Positions 1-9,733 of a stretch of 43,356 bases of DNA are shown here, piece by piece; within the stretch, counting starts at the first letter, position 1; each line of letters opens with the position of its first letter. Both the position numbers and the translations under genes were made by a program. The DNA is from Bacteroidales bacterium (GTDB taxonomy: Bacteria > Bacteroidota > Bacteroidia > Bacteroidales > UBA932). The notes below the pieces were generated by a model that saw nothing but the letters and a program-made list of their open reading frames with translations, did not search any database and was not told where the DNA came from. The stretch lies in assembly GCA_016303175.1 (NCBI GenBank), contig JAEDMF010000001.1:1-43356 (forward strand). The letters are read 5' to 3'.

Positions 1-9
1 TATGTGCAT

Positions 10-2082
10 ATGAAACGTATTTACCTATTGCTTCTTGCCGCTTTGACTTCCATAAGTGTGAAAGCGCAGACCCCCCAGATTACTCAGGCGCACAAGGACC
101 GTGCGGCCGCCCTGGTTTCACAACTCACCCTTGAAGAAAAATGCGGGCTCATAACAGGCTATAGGGAGGGTTTCTATTCATATCCTGTCGAGCGTCTCGG
201 CATTAAGTCCATCCTGCTTGCCGACGGCCCCCAGGGTGTGCGCAAGCTTGGCAACACTCCTACAAACAGCACCTATTATCCCTGTGGAATTGCCGTGGCG
301 GCCAGTTGGAACAGGGAAGCGGCTAAAGCTGTAGGACAAGGCATAGGATATGACGCCAAGGCCCGAGGCGTGGGCATAATGCTCTGTCCCGGCGTGAACA
401 TTTATCGCAGTCCGCTTTGCGGCCGCAACTTTGAATATATGGGCGAGGACCCCTATCTTGCATCCGAGATGGCCTGCAGCTACATTACGGGTATGCAGGA
501 GGAAGGCGTGATGGCTACCATCAAGCATTTTGCCCTGAACAATCAGGAATTCTCCCGCCACTGGAACAGCTCCAATGCTTCCGAGCGTGTCATCAACGAG
601 ATTTACTTCCCTACCTTTCGCAAGGCCGTCGAGAAGGCAAAGGTGGGCGCCCTGATGACTTCCTACAATCCCTTGAACGGCGTACATACGGCTGAGAGCG
701 AGTGGCTCATCAAGCAGAACTTGCGCAAATGGGGCTTCGAGGGCATAGTGATGAGTGACTGGAGATCCACCTATTCTCCCATAGGCTGCGCTACCAGCGG
801 TCTGGACCTCGAAATGCCCTGCGGCTATGCAATGACTTATGAGAATATCAAGCCTCTCATTGAAAACGGCACAGTGGACATCTCTGAAATCGACGAGAAA
901 TGCCAGCATCTTCTTCAGTCCTACATAGCTTACGGCTTCTTCGACAAGGAAATTAAGGACAGCTCCATTCCTGAGGATTATGACAAGAGCCGGGAGGCAG
1001 CCTATAGGGCAGCAGTTGAGGCCCCGGTGCTGCTCCGCAATGAGAACAACGCTCTTCCCCTCAAGGGCGGCAACATCGTTTTGCTCGGCCCCAATGCCGA
1101 CTACATTCCCTATGGCGGCGGCAGCGGAGCAATGTATCCCTTCCCCCACCGTACCACCACCTTGTATCAAGGTCTTGTCGGCTCAGGCAGGTACAATGTG
1201 ACTCTTCGTCAAAGCCTTCCCAGCGCAGCTGAACTCAAAAAGGTGGATGCCATTGTCCTTGCCCTTGGCTTCAACAAGGATACCGAAAAGGAGAACAACG
1301 ACCGCACTTATAACCTTCCTGGTGATCAGAACAAACTCATCAATGCGGCAGTTAAGACTGGCAAGAAGGTGATAGTTGTGGTATTCTCCGGCGGTGAGGT
1401 CAACGTTGCTCCCTGGATTGACAAGGTGGACGGCCTCATAATGGCTTGGTTCACAGGTCAGGAGAGTGGCAAGGCCCTTGCTGACATAATCTCCGGCAAG
1501 GTTTCTCCCTCCGGCCGCCTTCCCTTCACTTTCTGGGGCAGTTTGAAAGCCAATCCCGCCACTCCCCACTACCACGTGACCATGCTCAACCGCAGTATGC
1601 ATGAAGACAGGCATCATGAACGTCTGAACAAGTATAACTTCACGGATTATGCAGAGGGCATTTTCGTGGGCTATCGCGGAGTGGAGAAATTCGGCGTACA
1701 GCCCCTTTATCCCTTCGGGTATGGTTTGACTTACAGTCAGTTCCAATACTCTGACCTCAAGGCTGAGGTGAAGCAGGACGCCAAGGTTACGGTGAGCTTC
1801 AAGCTGACCAATACCGGCAAATGCACCGCTGCTGAGGTTGCCCAGGTGTATGTAGCTCCCAAGCATCCTTCTGTAATGCGTCCCCACCACGAACTCAAAG
1901 GCTACGCCAAGGTTAAACTTGCCAAGGGCGCCTCGGACGAGGTCGTAATCGAGCTGGACAAATCAGCCTTCTCCTATTACGATACTCCCTCTCACGACTG
2001 GAGGCTCGACAAGGGTGAATATAGCATACTTGTGGGGGCTTCAGCCTCTGACATCAAGCTCAGCGCAGACATCAGTTTATAG
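10..2082 (+). CDS. Glycoside hydrolase family 3 (beta-glucosidase/xylosidase-like), secreted, with C-terminal Fn3-like domain
   Basis: Signal peptide MKRIYLLLLAALTSISVKA. GH3 motifs ADGPQG, GRNFEYMGEDP, KHFALNN, VMSDW (nucleophile Asp), PSGRLP, YPFGYGLTY and ELKGYAKV. ATG at 10 is preferred over the GTG at 4. Confidence 0.93.
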   Translation: MKRIYLLLLAALTSISVKAQTPQITQAHKDRAAALVSQLTLEEKCGLITGYREGFYSYPVERLGIKSILLADGPQGVRKLGNTPTNSTYYPCGIAVAASWNREAAKAVGQGIGYDAKARGVGIMLCPGVNIYRSPLCGRNFEYMGEDPYLASEMACSYITGMQEEGVMATIKHFALNNQEFSRHWNSSNASERVINEIYFPTFRKAVEKAKVGALMTSYNPLNGVHTAESEWLIKQNLRKWGFEGIVMSDWRSTYSPIGCATSGLDLEMPCGYAMTYENIKPLIENGTVDISEIDEKCQHLLQSYIAYGFFDKEIKDSSIPEDYDKSREAAYRAAVEAPVLLRNENNALPLKGGNIVLLGPNADYIPYGGGSGAMYPFPHRTTTLYQGLVGSGRYNVTLRQSLPSAAELKKVDAIVLALGFNKDTEKENNDRTYNLPGDQNKLINAAVKTGKKVIVVVFSGGEVNVAPWIDKVDGLIMAWFTGQESGKALADIISGKVSPSGRLPFTFWGSLKANPATPHYHVTMLNRSMHEDRHHERLNKYNFTDYAEGIFVGYRGVEKFGVQPLYPFGYGLTYSQFQYSDLKAEVKQDAKVTVSFKLTNTGKCTAAEVAQVYVAPKHPSVMRPHHELKGYAKVKLAKGASDEVVIELDKSAFSYYDTPSHDWRLDKGEYSILVGASASDIKLSADISL

Positions 2083-2104
2083 TACAAAATTCCCAAAAAA
2101 GAGT

Positions 2105-2136
2105 AAAAAAGGCCCTACGCAAGTCGGGTCTTTTTT
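2105..2136. terminator. Intrinsic terminator-like hairpin downstream of the GH3 gene
   Basis: AAAAAAGGCCC-TAC-GCAA-GTC-GGGTCTTTTTT: GC stem with one G-U pair, a GCAA tetraloop, and flanking A6/T6 tracts. Confidence 0.7.
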
Positions 2137-2208
2137 GTGTGTCTCAAAATAAGTATTAGCTTGCGTTAGAAAACAAATGAAACTGAATGTGAAAATCTTT
2201 GATTTATT

Positions 2209-4647
2209 ATGCAAAGTTCCGATAAACTGACAGTACTTCTTTTGGGAGCGTCAATTATGTTTCAGGCATGTTCCGACAGGCTCGTCACAGGGGGAGAGAA
2301 GGTTGACGAAAGTGTCGTCTTCCATCTCAGCACAGAGGCGGATTCGCAGGTGAAAACTTGGACTGACGCATCGCAGGCGCTTCCTGTTCTCCCCGTTTAC
2401 TGGAGTGACGGGGACAGAATCAATGTCAATGGCGTGAAGTCTGACGCTCTCTCCGTCGGTGAAGGCGAACGGCTTGCCAGCGCTAGTTTCGAACTCCGCA
2501 ATGTGGAGGCTCCGTTCAGCATTCTTTATCCGGCATCTGCTTTCAGTGGCATTGATGAGAGGGGAGTTGTAAGTCTGGAAATTCCGGAGACGCAAACTTG
2601 GCACAAGGACTCTTTCGGCGAAGGAGCGGCTCTGATGTATGCGTATGCGGAGGATGAGAAGGAGACGATTTCTCTCCGTCACGCCTGCGGCGCAATTTCC
2701 GTAAATCTCAGCTCCGAGGAAGGATGTACAATCAACTCTCTTTCCATAACCAGTTTAGGCGGGAATGCCATTGCCGGCAAATTCACCCTGGATAGCAGAA
2801 GCGGAGAACTGCAGGCTGTCGAAGGCAAGTCCCGGGTGGAGATGCTCTTACCCGAAGGCGGAATCACTATTGGCCCCTCCGACGGTCGCAGATTTATTTT
2901 TACTCTGCCGGCAGGCACTTATCCGGAAGGATTCTGCCTCAAATTCACTGATACAGCAAAACATATTTTCCGTGCCTATTGGCTCAGGGAAAGCGATGGC
3001 GCAGATGCCGGAGTGACGGTTGTGCCCGGCCGCATGGTACGCTTCGAGGCCGTTCCTTATGTGCCGGATGCCCGTGAGATTACTTCGGCCGAAGATTGGG
3101 CGGAGTTTGCTGCGGCATACAACGCCGGTTCTTGGGAACAGGATTGGCTGGGCAAGGATGGCAGCGTGAAGATAGGGGCGGATTTTACCGTCGGTTCTCT
3201 CGACAGCATCAATAAATTTGCCGATATCCTGGATGGGCAGGGCCACGTCATCACCCAGACTGCCGCCACCGGCCCCGTATTCAAATCCCTGTCCGGAACC
3301 ATACGGAATCTGACTCTTGCCGGAAAAATGGCGGAAGCTTCCAGCCCGGGGACTCTCGGCGTGGTAGTGTTCGCCTCTGTGCTCTCCGACGGCGCCCTGA
3401 TAAGCGATTGTATCAACAGAACGGAGATAACGGTAAATGTAAAGGACAGCAAGATGCTTGCCTCCGCTTTTGTGCGCACGCTCAACGGAGGTACCTTGCT
3501 GCGTTGCCGCAATGAAGCTCCCATTAAGATAGTGGCGGAACTGACCAACACCATGCAGGCCATTTTGTCCGGGGCTTTTGCCGCTACCGCTCCGGTCGCA
3601 GCTTCGGCCCTGATTGAGGATTGTACCAATGAAGCGGACATTACGGTGACTGTGGTAAAGCCGGCGAACAGTGTCTATGCTGCTGTCCAAGCCGGATATG
3701 GCGGCATAGTCGGCACTGTGGTGGGCGGCACGGAAAGCACTTTCCTTACTCTCAAAGGCTGTGTCAACAACGGCAAGATTTCGGCGTATTACTATCCCGA
3801 GGGTACGGGAGGCGCCGTGCCTATGTCGGGTGTCGGCGGCCTCGTGGGCGCAGCCGTGAAGTACAGTACGGACGGCAGGTACTTCTATTATTATAAGAGA
3901 GCTGCCGCGGAAATAGAGACCGAGGACTGCGTCTATATGGAGATGGACTCCTGCATCAACAACGGGGATTGCAGCAATGGACTGCTCAGTACGGTGTCTT
4001 CGGATGACCCCTATAAGGCATATTGCGGCGGTTTGGCCGGCATATTGAACGGGCTTTCAGCCAAGCATATCAAAGTTAGCTCTTGTGCCAATTACGGCAA
4101 GGTAGTGGGCCTGGAGGCCGTTTTTGCCCGTTCCGCACTTTGCGTTGTCACCGGAGGTCTCTGCGGCTTCGGCGGATATGTGGACTTTGACTCGTGCACA
4201 GTGGTAAGCAAGCAAATCGGCTCGCTCAAGAGACAGGCATATTCGGCTTCCGGCGGAATAGGTTACGCTATGATGAGTTTCTCCCTCACAAACTGCAGCA
4301 TTTTCGCCGACATTATGCATATTCGTTGCACCGACTACAGCGACAGCAATTATTCCCTTGCCTTCACCCTCAGCACCAAGCAGAACACCAAGGGCGGAGT
4401 ATGGTGGCCGTTCATAAAGATAGAAGGCAGCAAGGTGAGCAACTGCCGTTTCGGGGGCACTTTCACTCTAAGTAAGGACATTGTCACTTACAATGCCTCC
4501 ACTCCCACCACCTTCGAAACTCTTGCGATGACGGCCTCCAACATAGGCAATTACATTGCGTCCGGCTCTTTTGCCGCAGATTATTATGCAAAGTCTTTCC
4601 CCGACAAGGTGGAAATCACGGACAATACTTACTGGAACGGACTTTAA
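2209..4647 (+). CDS. Fimbrillin-like (type V pilin-like) lipoprotein with C-terminal repetitive beta-helix/GLUG-like region
   Basis: Lipobox FQAC. Pilin-like pattern VKT...WSDGDRINV...ILYPA...PETQ...LRH...IAGKF...LPAGTY. C-terminal half has DGQGHVI, GTIRNLTLAG and repeated CxNxxxI / GGxxG units. Confidence 0.65.
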   Translation: MQSSDKLTVLLLGASIMFQACSDRLVTGGEKVDESVVFHLSTEADSQVKTWTDASQALPVLPVYWSDGDRINVNGVKSDALSVGEGERLASASFELRNVEAPFSILYPASAFSGIDERGVVSLEIPETQTWHKDSFGEGAALMYAYAEDEKETISLRHACGAISVNLSSEEGCTINSLSITSLGGNAIAGKFTLDSRSGELQAVEGKSRVEMLLPEGGITIGPSDGRRFIFTLPAGTYPEGFCLKFTDTAKHIFRAYWLRESDGADAGVTVVPGRMVRFEAVPYVPDAREITSAEDWAEFAAAYNAGSWEQDWLGKDGSVKIGADFTVGSLDSINKFADILDGQGHVITQTAATGPVFKSLSGTIRNLTLAGKMAEASSPGTLGVVVFASVLSDGALISDCINRTEITVNVKDSKMLASAFVRTLNGGTLLRCRNEAPIKIVAELTNTMQAILSGAFAATAPVAASALIEDCTNEADITVTVVKPANSVYAAVQAGYGGIVGTVVGGTESTFLTLKGCVNNGKISAYYYPEGTGGAVPMSGVGGLVGAAVKYSTDGRYFYYYKRAAAEIETEDCVYMEMDSCINNGDCSNGLLSTVSSDDPYKAYCGGLAGILNGLSAKHIKVSSCANYGKVVGLEAVFARSALCVVTGGLCGFGGYVDFDSCTVVSKQIGSLKRQAYSASGGIGYAMMSFSLTNCSIFADIMHIRCTDYSDSNYSLAFTLSTKQNTKGGVWWPFIKIEGSKVSNCRFGGTFTLSKDIVTYNASTPTTFETLAMTASNIGNYIASGSFAADYYAKSFPDKVEITDNTYWNGL

Positions 4648-4659
4648 AGGAGCTGAACT

Positions 4660-5532
4660 ATGAAGTCAAGCAAAATCGTACTTTTTTTGTATGCATCCCT
4701 TATGGTGGCAGCTTGCCGGGGAAGCATAGTTCCTGACGTTAATCTGGACGGCTACACTATGCTGGAGGCCGAGATGGAAACCATTGCCATTGACGATGCG
4801 GGAGCGCCGTATTCCGCCGTGTGGAACAGTGGGGACTGCATAGGCATATACGGCAGCATTCAGGGAAAAAACACCAAGTATGTGATGCGAAGGGAGGATG
4901 TGACGAACCCCAGGGCCCATTTCTATGGTCCTCTGGTCAAGGGCTCCCTGTTGGCCTATTATCCTTATAAAGAGGGTCTGGAGTCGGAAAACGGCTGCAT
5001 ACCCGTCGAACTCTCCCCCGTTCAGAAATATGACCCTAATCTGAACGCGGAGGAATTTTTCCTGCAGTACAACAATACAATGGCCGCCGTTTCGGACGAG
5101 GGCAGACTCTGTTTCCGTTATCCTTTCGGCATAGTGGCTGTCAGATTCCTTTTCCGTACTCCTATGGACATAAGTTCCATCTCCATATCTTCTGACAGGG
5201 GGCTTGCCGGCCGTCTGTTGATGGATGCGGGGCTGCAAATTGTCACGCCGGACAACGCTTTCAAGACCATTTCCCTGGACTTTTCCGGCGGAATATATTC
5301 GAGTGCGGACAGCGAGGGCTACAGGGATTTCTTCTTCGTGCTGCCCCCGGCCGTGTATCCGGACAATGCGTTGCGTCTTGAATTGCTTTCGGGGGAAGAG
5401 ACTCTACAGATGAACCTTAAGGGCTTCACCGTGGAAAGGGTATCCCGGGGACAATTCGATGTGACGGCCCTTACAATAACCCCGGATGAAATACCCGGGT
5501 TCGAGTTGACAGACGGATATTTGGAATTTTGA
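4660..5532 (+). CDS. Fimbrillin-like lipoprotein (short pilin/adaptor)
   Basis: Lipobox VAAC. WNSGDCIGIY, AYYPY, PVQKY, LAG and FFVLPPAVY match the Bacteroidetes fimbrillin pattern. Ends in a strand-like tail (GFELTDGYLEF). Confidence 0.6.
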   Translation: MKSSKIVLFLYASLMVAACRGSIVPDVNLDGYTMLEAEMETIAIDDAGAPYSAVWNSGDCIGIYGSIQGKNTKYVMRREDVTNPRAHFYGPLVKGSLLAYYPYKEGLESENGCIPVELSPVQKYDPNLNAEEFFLQYNNTMAAVSDEGRLCFRYPFGIVAVRFLFRTPMDISSISISSDRGLAGRLLMDAGLQIVTPDNAFKTISLDFSGGIYSSADSEGYRDFFFVLPPAVYPDNALRLELLSGEETLQMNLKGFTVERVSRGQFDVTALTITPDEIPGFELTDGYLEF

Positions 5533-5536
5533 TGGT

Positions 5537-6631
5537 ATGAGAAGAACTATACTGATACTTATGTCTATGGCCGCCCTGTTTGCCTGTACCAAGGAGCAGA
5601 CTTTAGAGCGCGGCAGAAAGATAGGCGAGATTTACACTACCGCCAAGTCCGGCTCCAAGACCGTTCTGGTCAAATTGCCGGGCCTGTGGAGGGTGAGCGC
5701 GGCAGACCCCTGGATAAGCCTGGATGTGGAAGGCAGGCAGGGAGAAGGCGCCTTTACCCTCAGCTACTCTTCCAACGAGTCGGATTTCATTTCTTCCAAC
5801 CCTACCAGGCTGGGCCGCATTGTCATCGAGGACTACAGTTCCTTCAGGGCTGATACCCTCTATCTGCGGCAGCAGGGAGTGCCTGACGGCAAGGATTATT
5901 CCAGCCTGCCTCAAAATTCCTACATAGAATTTGTCGATGTGCCCTTGACAAGGCTCAAGCTATCTTATTTCAATCTTTCCGGCTGTGCCGACTTAGAGGC
6001 AGCGGAGAATCTTCTTAATGGGGATGATGCTGACATACAGTGGGTTATATGGGATAATGAAAAGGCGTTGCAGCTTGGCTCGGCCCATGAGGGCTCGTCG
6101 AGCGTCTATGGCAATATCGTTCTGCTCAACAGGACGGACAAGAAACCTGTTGTAGAATCTCTGTCTTCTCCGGTGGCGTTGATGGCGGAGATTGACGGCG
6201 TATGCATTGCCTGCGCTGATTTCGGGGAGGCTGTTCCGTCGGGAGAGGGACGCTACGGTCAACTTCGTTCTCTGCTGGATGCGGGGTACAACAGACCGGA
6301 CAGCCCTGACAAATGGATAGTCGGGGGCTCGTTTTATTATTTGAGCGTGCTGGAACTCGGTTACCCTTCAACGCCTTCCTGGTATCCTTCCAATCCCAAT
6401 GCTTCCGATTTTGAAGCGGACCGCTATGCCAGAACCAACAATCTGGTCGATTGTATATGGATGTGTAGCAGGGACTACAATCCTACCTTCAGCAAGGACG
6501 GCATAGAATGGAGAGCGGATTACATTTATGCGTCGGCCAGCGCGTGGAATGCTGCGGCAGTGGTGTCGCTGTCCGAAGTTCCCTTGTCCGGAGCAGTGCA
6601 CAAGTCTATGGGAATTACCCTCAAGTATTGA
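5537..6631 (+). CDS. Lipoprotein with N-terminal BACON domain and C-terminal endonuclease/exonuclease/phosphatase-like (EEP) domain with degenerate motifs
   Basis: Lipobox LFAC. BACON pattern WRVSAADPWISL...N...R.GRI...L.LRQ.G. C-terminal WIVGGSF, LVDC, PTF...RADYIY and AVH occur in the order of the EEP motifs GDFN/RIDYI/SDH. Confidence 0.55.
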   Translation: MRRTILILMSMAALFACTKEQTLERGRKIGEIYTTAKSGSKTVLVKLPGLWRVSAADPWISLDVEGRQGEGAFTLSYSSNESDFISSNPTRLGRIVIEDYSSFRADTLYLRQQGVPDGKDYSSLPQNSYIEFVDVPLTRLKLSYFNLSGCADLEAAENLLNGDDADIQWVIWDNEKALQLGSAHEGSSSVYGNIVLLNRTDKKPVVESLSSPVALMAEIDGVCIACADFGEAVPSGEGRYGQLRSLLDAGYNRPDSPDKWIVGGSFYYLSVLELGYPSTPSWYPSNPNASDFEADRYARTNNLVDCIWMCSRDYNPTFSKDGIEWRADYIYASASAWNAAAVVSLSEVPLSGAVHKSMGITLKY

Positions 6632-6635
6632 TGAT

Positions 6636-9600
6636 ATGAAGCATATTGGATACAATCTGACAGTGTTGGGACTTTTGTTGTCCTGCCTTCCCTCGTTGGC
6701 GCAGAACATACGGGTGAGCGGTTCTGTCAAGGATGAATCGGGCGTGCCCATCGTCGGAGCCGGAGTCGTGGTAAAGGGCACAAAGTCCATTACCGTGACC
6801 GATTATTCCGGAAAATACAGCATAGAGGCCGACAAGAATGCTGTGCTGGAATTCACTTTCCTCGGTTTCAAGACCAAGCTCGAAAGCATAGGAGGGCGTG
6901 CTGTGGTGGATGTCAGTCTGGTTCCGGACAGCAAGGTGCTGGATACGGCCGTGGCCATCGGTTACGGTACTTCAAAGAAATCGGATCTGACAGGCGCCGT
7001 GGCCGTGGTGGATATGGAGAAGGTGCAGGATACCCCCGTCAATTCGGTGGCCGAGGCTCTTCAGGGCAGGATAGCGGGCGCCGACATAGTGAGCGGCAAC
7101 GGCGAACCGGGCCAGAGCGCCAGCATACAGATTCGAGGAGCGAGAAGCATCTCTGCGGGAAACGAGCCGCTCATAGTGGTGGACGGGGTGCTGGATGCGG
7201 TAAGCAGCCTTGACGACATCAACCCCTCCGACATTGTGAGCATCTCCGTGCTCAAGGACGTGAGCAGCACAGCCATCTACGGCAGCCGTGGAGCCAATGG
7301 TGTCATACTCGTGACCACAGACAAGAAAGACACGGAAAAATCCAAGTTCAAGGTGACTCTCAAGAGCAGCACCGGCATATCCCACATTGCCGGCAGCCTG
7401 GACCTGATGAATGCAAGTGAATATGCAACCTGGCAGAATATGGTTGCCCTGGCGGCCAGTCCTTCCAAGCTGACCTCGCCGCAGAGCGTTTCGTCTACAG
7501 TCTATCCCTTCCCCGATCCTTCCGTTTTCGGAGAAGGCACGGATTGGGTCAAGAAACTTTCCCAATTGGGCATATACGATTATCAGTATGCCCAGATTTC
7601 CGGCTCCTCGGGCAACATGAACTACTCGGCCAGTTTCGGCTACAACTACAACAAGGGCGTAGTCATAGGTTCCGACTATCAGAGATATACTGCCAGAACA
7701 AGTTTCAACACCAAATTGGGGAAATACGTTACTGTCGGTCTCAGGTTCAATCTGGTGTACTTCGACATCAACCGCACCAATGCAAACATATCGGGCACCA
7801 ATACCAACGCCGCCATCTATTTGAGCCCTCTGCTGGACGAAACCAGTATCTGGAACAAATACTCCTTCGACGACGTGCAGGGTATAATCTTCAATAACCC
7901 CTACATCTGCGCCACGCAGATGACCAATGTTGCGGCCAAGTGGAACCTGAACCTCGTGCCCTGGGTGCAGGTGAACATTGCCCCCGGTCTTACGCTCAAA
8001 TCCACCTTTTCCTTCACCCGTCAGGATGACAGGGCTCTGCAGTATTCGCCCTCTTATCTGCCTGTCGCTGCTGCCAGAAAGCAGGGAGGCAGCGCTATGC
8101 GCAACTTCTACACCGAGGACAGGTATCTGAGCGAGACCACCCTGACTTACAAAAAGAATTTTTCCGGCAAGCACAATGTTGAATTGTTGGCGGGCTTTAC
8201 AGGCAGCCACATATTGAGGAACTATCTTGCTATCTCGGGTACGGGATATGTCAACGACGACGTGAAGTTCTACAATATGGCCGGCATAATGAGCACGGAA
8301 AACTATTATTCGACCTCCTCCCAATCGGAGAAGAACACTATGTCCGCTCTTGCAAGGGCGAATTACAATTATGACCGCAGGTATTATATTTCGTTTACTA
8401 TGCGCGCGGACGGGGCATCCAATTTCTCCGAAAAGAACAAGTGGGGCGTCTTTCCCGCAGCCGCCTTCCGCTGGAGCATAATGAACGAACCATGGTTCAA
8501 CAAGGCCCATTGGCTGAATGACCTCTCGCTCAGATTGAGCGCCGGCCGCAGCGGCAACGACGCCATCAGCAGCTATCTTTCTCTTGCGACTATAGGTTCC
8601 AACAAGGGTTCCTGGCTTTTCGGCGACAAGTACCAGCTGGCCACTATGCCCGAGCATCTTGCCAACAGCAATCTTACCTGGGAGACCACCGATTCTTATA
8701 ATATAGGCCTGAATTTCAGCGCCTTCCGCTCCTGCCTTTCCGCCGAACTGGAGTTGTACTATGCCACCACCCACAATCTGCTGCTGAGCGTGCGCAATGC
8801 GCAGGTGACAGGCTACAACACCTATTTCGCCAATGTGGGCAAGACCCGCAATATGGGCGTGGAGTTCACCCTCAACACGAAGAATGTCAAAGTTCGCAAC
8901 TTCGAGTGGAACACGGCTCTGACCATTTCCCACAACAATCAGCTCGTGCTGGATTCGGGAGCCGGGGATGAGGTCGTGCCCACTTATATGAACCCCCGCA
9001 ATACTACCCAATATTTGTACGGCTACAAAAAGGGTTATCCCGTCAATGCCTTGTGGGGCTATCAGAGGGCCGGCGTATGGCATTCTCAGGAAGAAATAGA
9101 CCGCAACAAGTACACCCACACCTATGTTTCCACGATTGCCGACGGTTCCAACGGCTCCAACCTCGGTCGAACCCGTTATATGGACGTGAACGGGGACGGC
9201 CTACTGGACCAGAACGACGTGGTGTATCTGGGCAGTTCGGACCCCGTGGTTTACGGCGGCTTCCAGAATGACTTCAAACTTTTCGGTTGTGTGAATGTCA
9301 ATCTCTACTTTGCATATTCCATCGGTGGCAAAATGTATAATCTTTCCGAATTGTGGATGGGTTCATCTTCCAGAAGCCTGAACAAGTACCGCTATGTGCT
9401 GGATGCCTGGGATGCAGTCCGCAACCCGGATTCCGACATCGCCGTTGCCAACTGGGATGACACCAACGCCTCCGATTTCATTGTGCACGACGCTTCTTTC
9501 TTCCGTCTCAAGACCTTGACTGTCAGCTATAGGCTGCAACTGAATCGCTGGAGCCGCTTTTTCAAGGTGTTCACCATAGGTGTAACGGGAGAGAACCTCT

Positions 9601-9725
9601 TCCTATTGAAGAATTACAACGGTTTCGACCCCGATGTAAGTACCAGCGCTACCGTAAGACGTCTGGACGACGGCTCCTTCCCGCGTCCCAGGACATATAC
9701 ATTGAATTTGCAACTTGAATTCTAG
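6636..9725 (+). CDS. susC: SusC/RagA family TonB-dependent outer membrane transporter
   Basis: Signal peptide starts at ATG 6636 (MKHIGYNL...LAQ). Carboxypeptidase-regulatory-like N-domain, AIGYGT, plug motif LKDVSSTAIYGSRGANGVILVTT, RADGASNF, LTWETT and FPRPRTY. Terminal Phe. Confidence 0.96.
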   Translation: MKHIGYNLTVLGLLLSCLPSLAQNIRVSGSVKDESGVPIVGAGVVVKGTKSITVTDYSGKYSIEADKNAVLEFTFLGFKTKLESIGGRAVVDVSLVPDSKVLDTAVAIGYGTSKKSDLTGAVAVVDMEKVQDTPVNSVAEALQGRIAGADIVSGNGEPGQSASIQIRGARSISAGNEPLIVVDGVLDAVSSLDDINPSDIVSISVLKDVSSTAIYGSRGANGVILVTTDKKDTEKSKFKVTLKSSTGISHIAGSLDLMNASEYATWQNMVALAASPSKLTSPQSVSSTVYPFPDPSVFGEGTDWVKKLSQLGIYDYQYAQISGSSGNMNYSASFGYNYNKGVVIGSDYQRYTARTSFNTKLGKYVTVGLRFNLVYFDINRTNANISGTNTNAAIYLSPLLDETSIWNKYSFDDVQGIIFNNPYICATQMTNVAAKWNLNLVPWVQVNIAPGLTLKSTFSFTRQDDRALQYSPSYLPVAAARKQGGSAMRNFYTEDRYLSETTLTYKKNFSGKHNVELLAGFTGSHILRNYLAISGTGYVNDDVKFYNMAGIMSTENYYSTSSQSEKNTMSALARANYNYDRRYYISFTMRADGASNFSEKNKWGVFPAAAFRWSIMNEPWFNKAHWLNDLSLRLSAGRSGNDAISSYLSLATIGSNKGSWLFGDKYQLATMPEHLANSNLTWETTDSYNIGLNFSAFRSCLSAELELYYATTHNLLLSVRNAQVTGYNTYFANVGKTRNMGVEFTLNTKNVKVRNFEWNTALTISHNNQLVLDSGAGDEVVPTYMNPRNTTQYLYGYKKGYPVNALWGYQRAGVWHSQEEIDRNKYTHTYVSTIADGSNGSNLGRTRYMDVNGDGLLDQNDVVYLGSSDPVVYGGFQNDFKLFGCVNVNLYFAYSIGGKMYNLSELWMGSSSRSLNKYRYVLDAWDAVRNPDSDIAVANWDDTNASDFIVHDASFFRLKTLTVSYRLQLNRWSRFFKVFTIGVTGENLFLLKNYNGFDPDVSTSATVRRLDDGSFPRPRTYTLNLQLEF

Positions 9726-9733
9726 GAGGGCGT

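Noticed and set aside
2177..2230. 17-codon uORF (MKLNVKIFDLLCKVPIN) overlapping the 2209 start
   Set aside because: Short, no motif, and easily arises by chance in AT-rich sequence.
6528..6635. N-terminal extension of SusC in the ORF track
   Set aside because: It overlaps the upstream gene by ~100 nt, and a proper signal peptide starts at ATG 6636.
6972..9119. 715-aa antisense ORF, and similar long antisense ORFs such as 178-1170, 10244-11587, 25719-26897, 32571-33743 and 37208-38221
   Set aside because: They lie opposite well-supported genes, have no recognizable motifs, and are expected shadows of codon bias.
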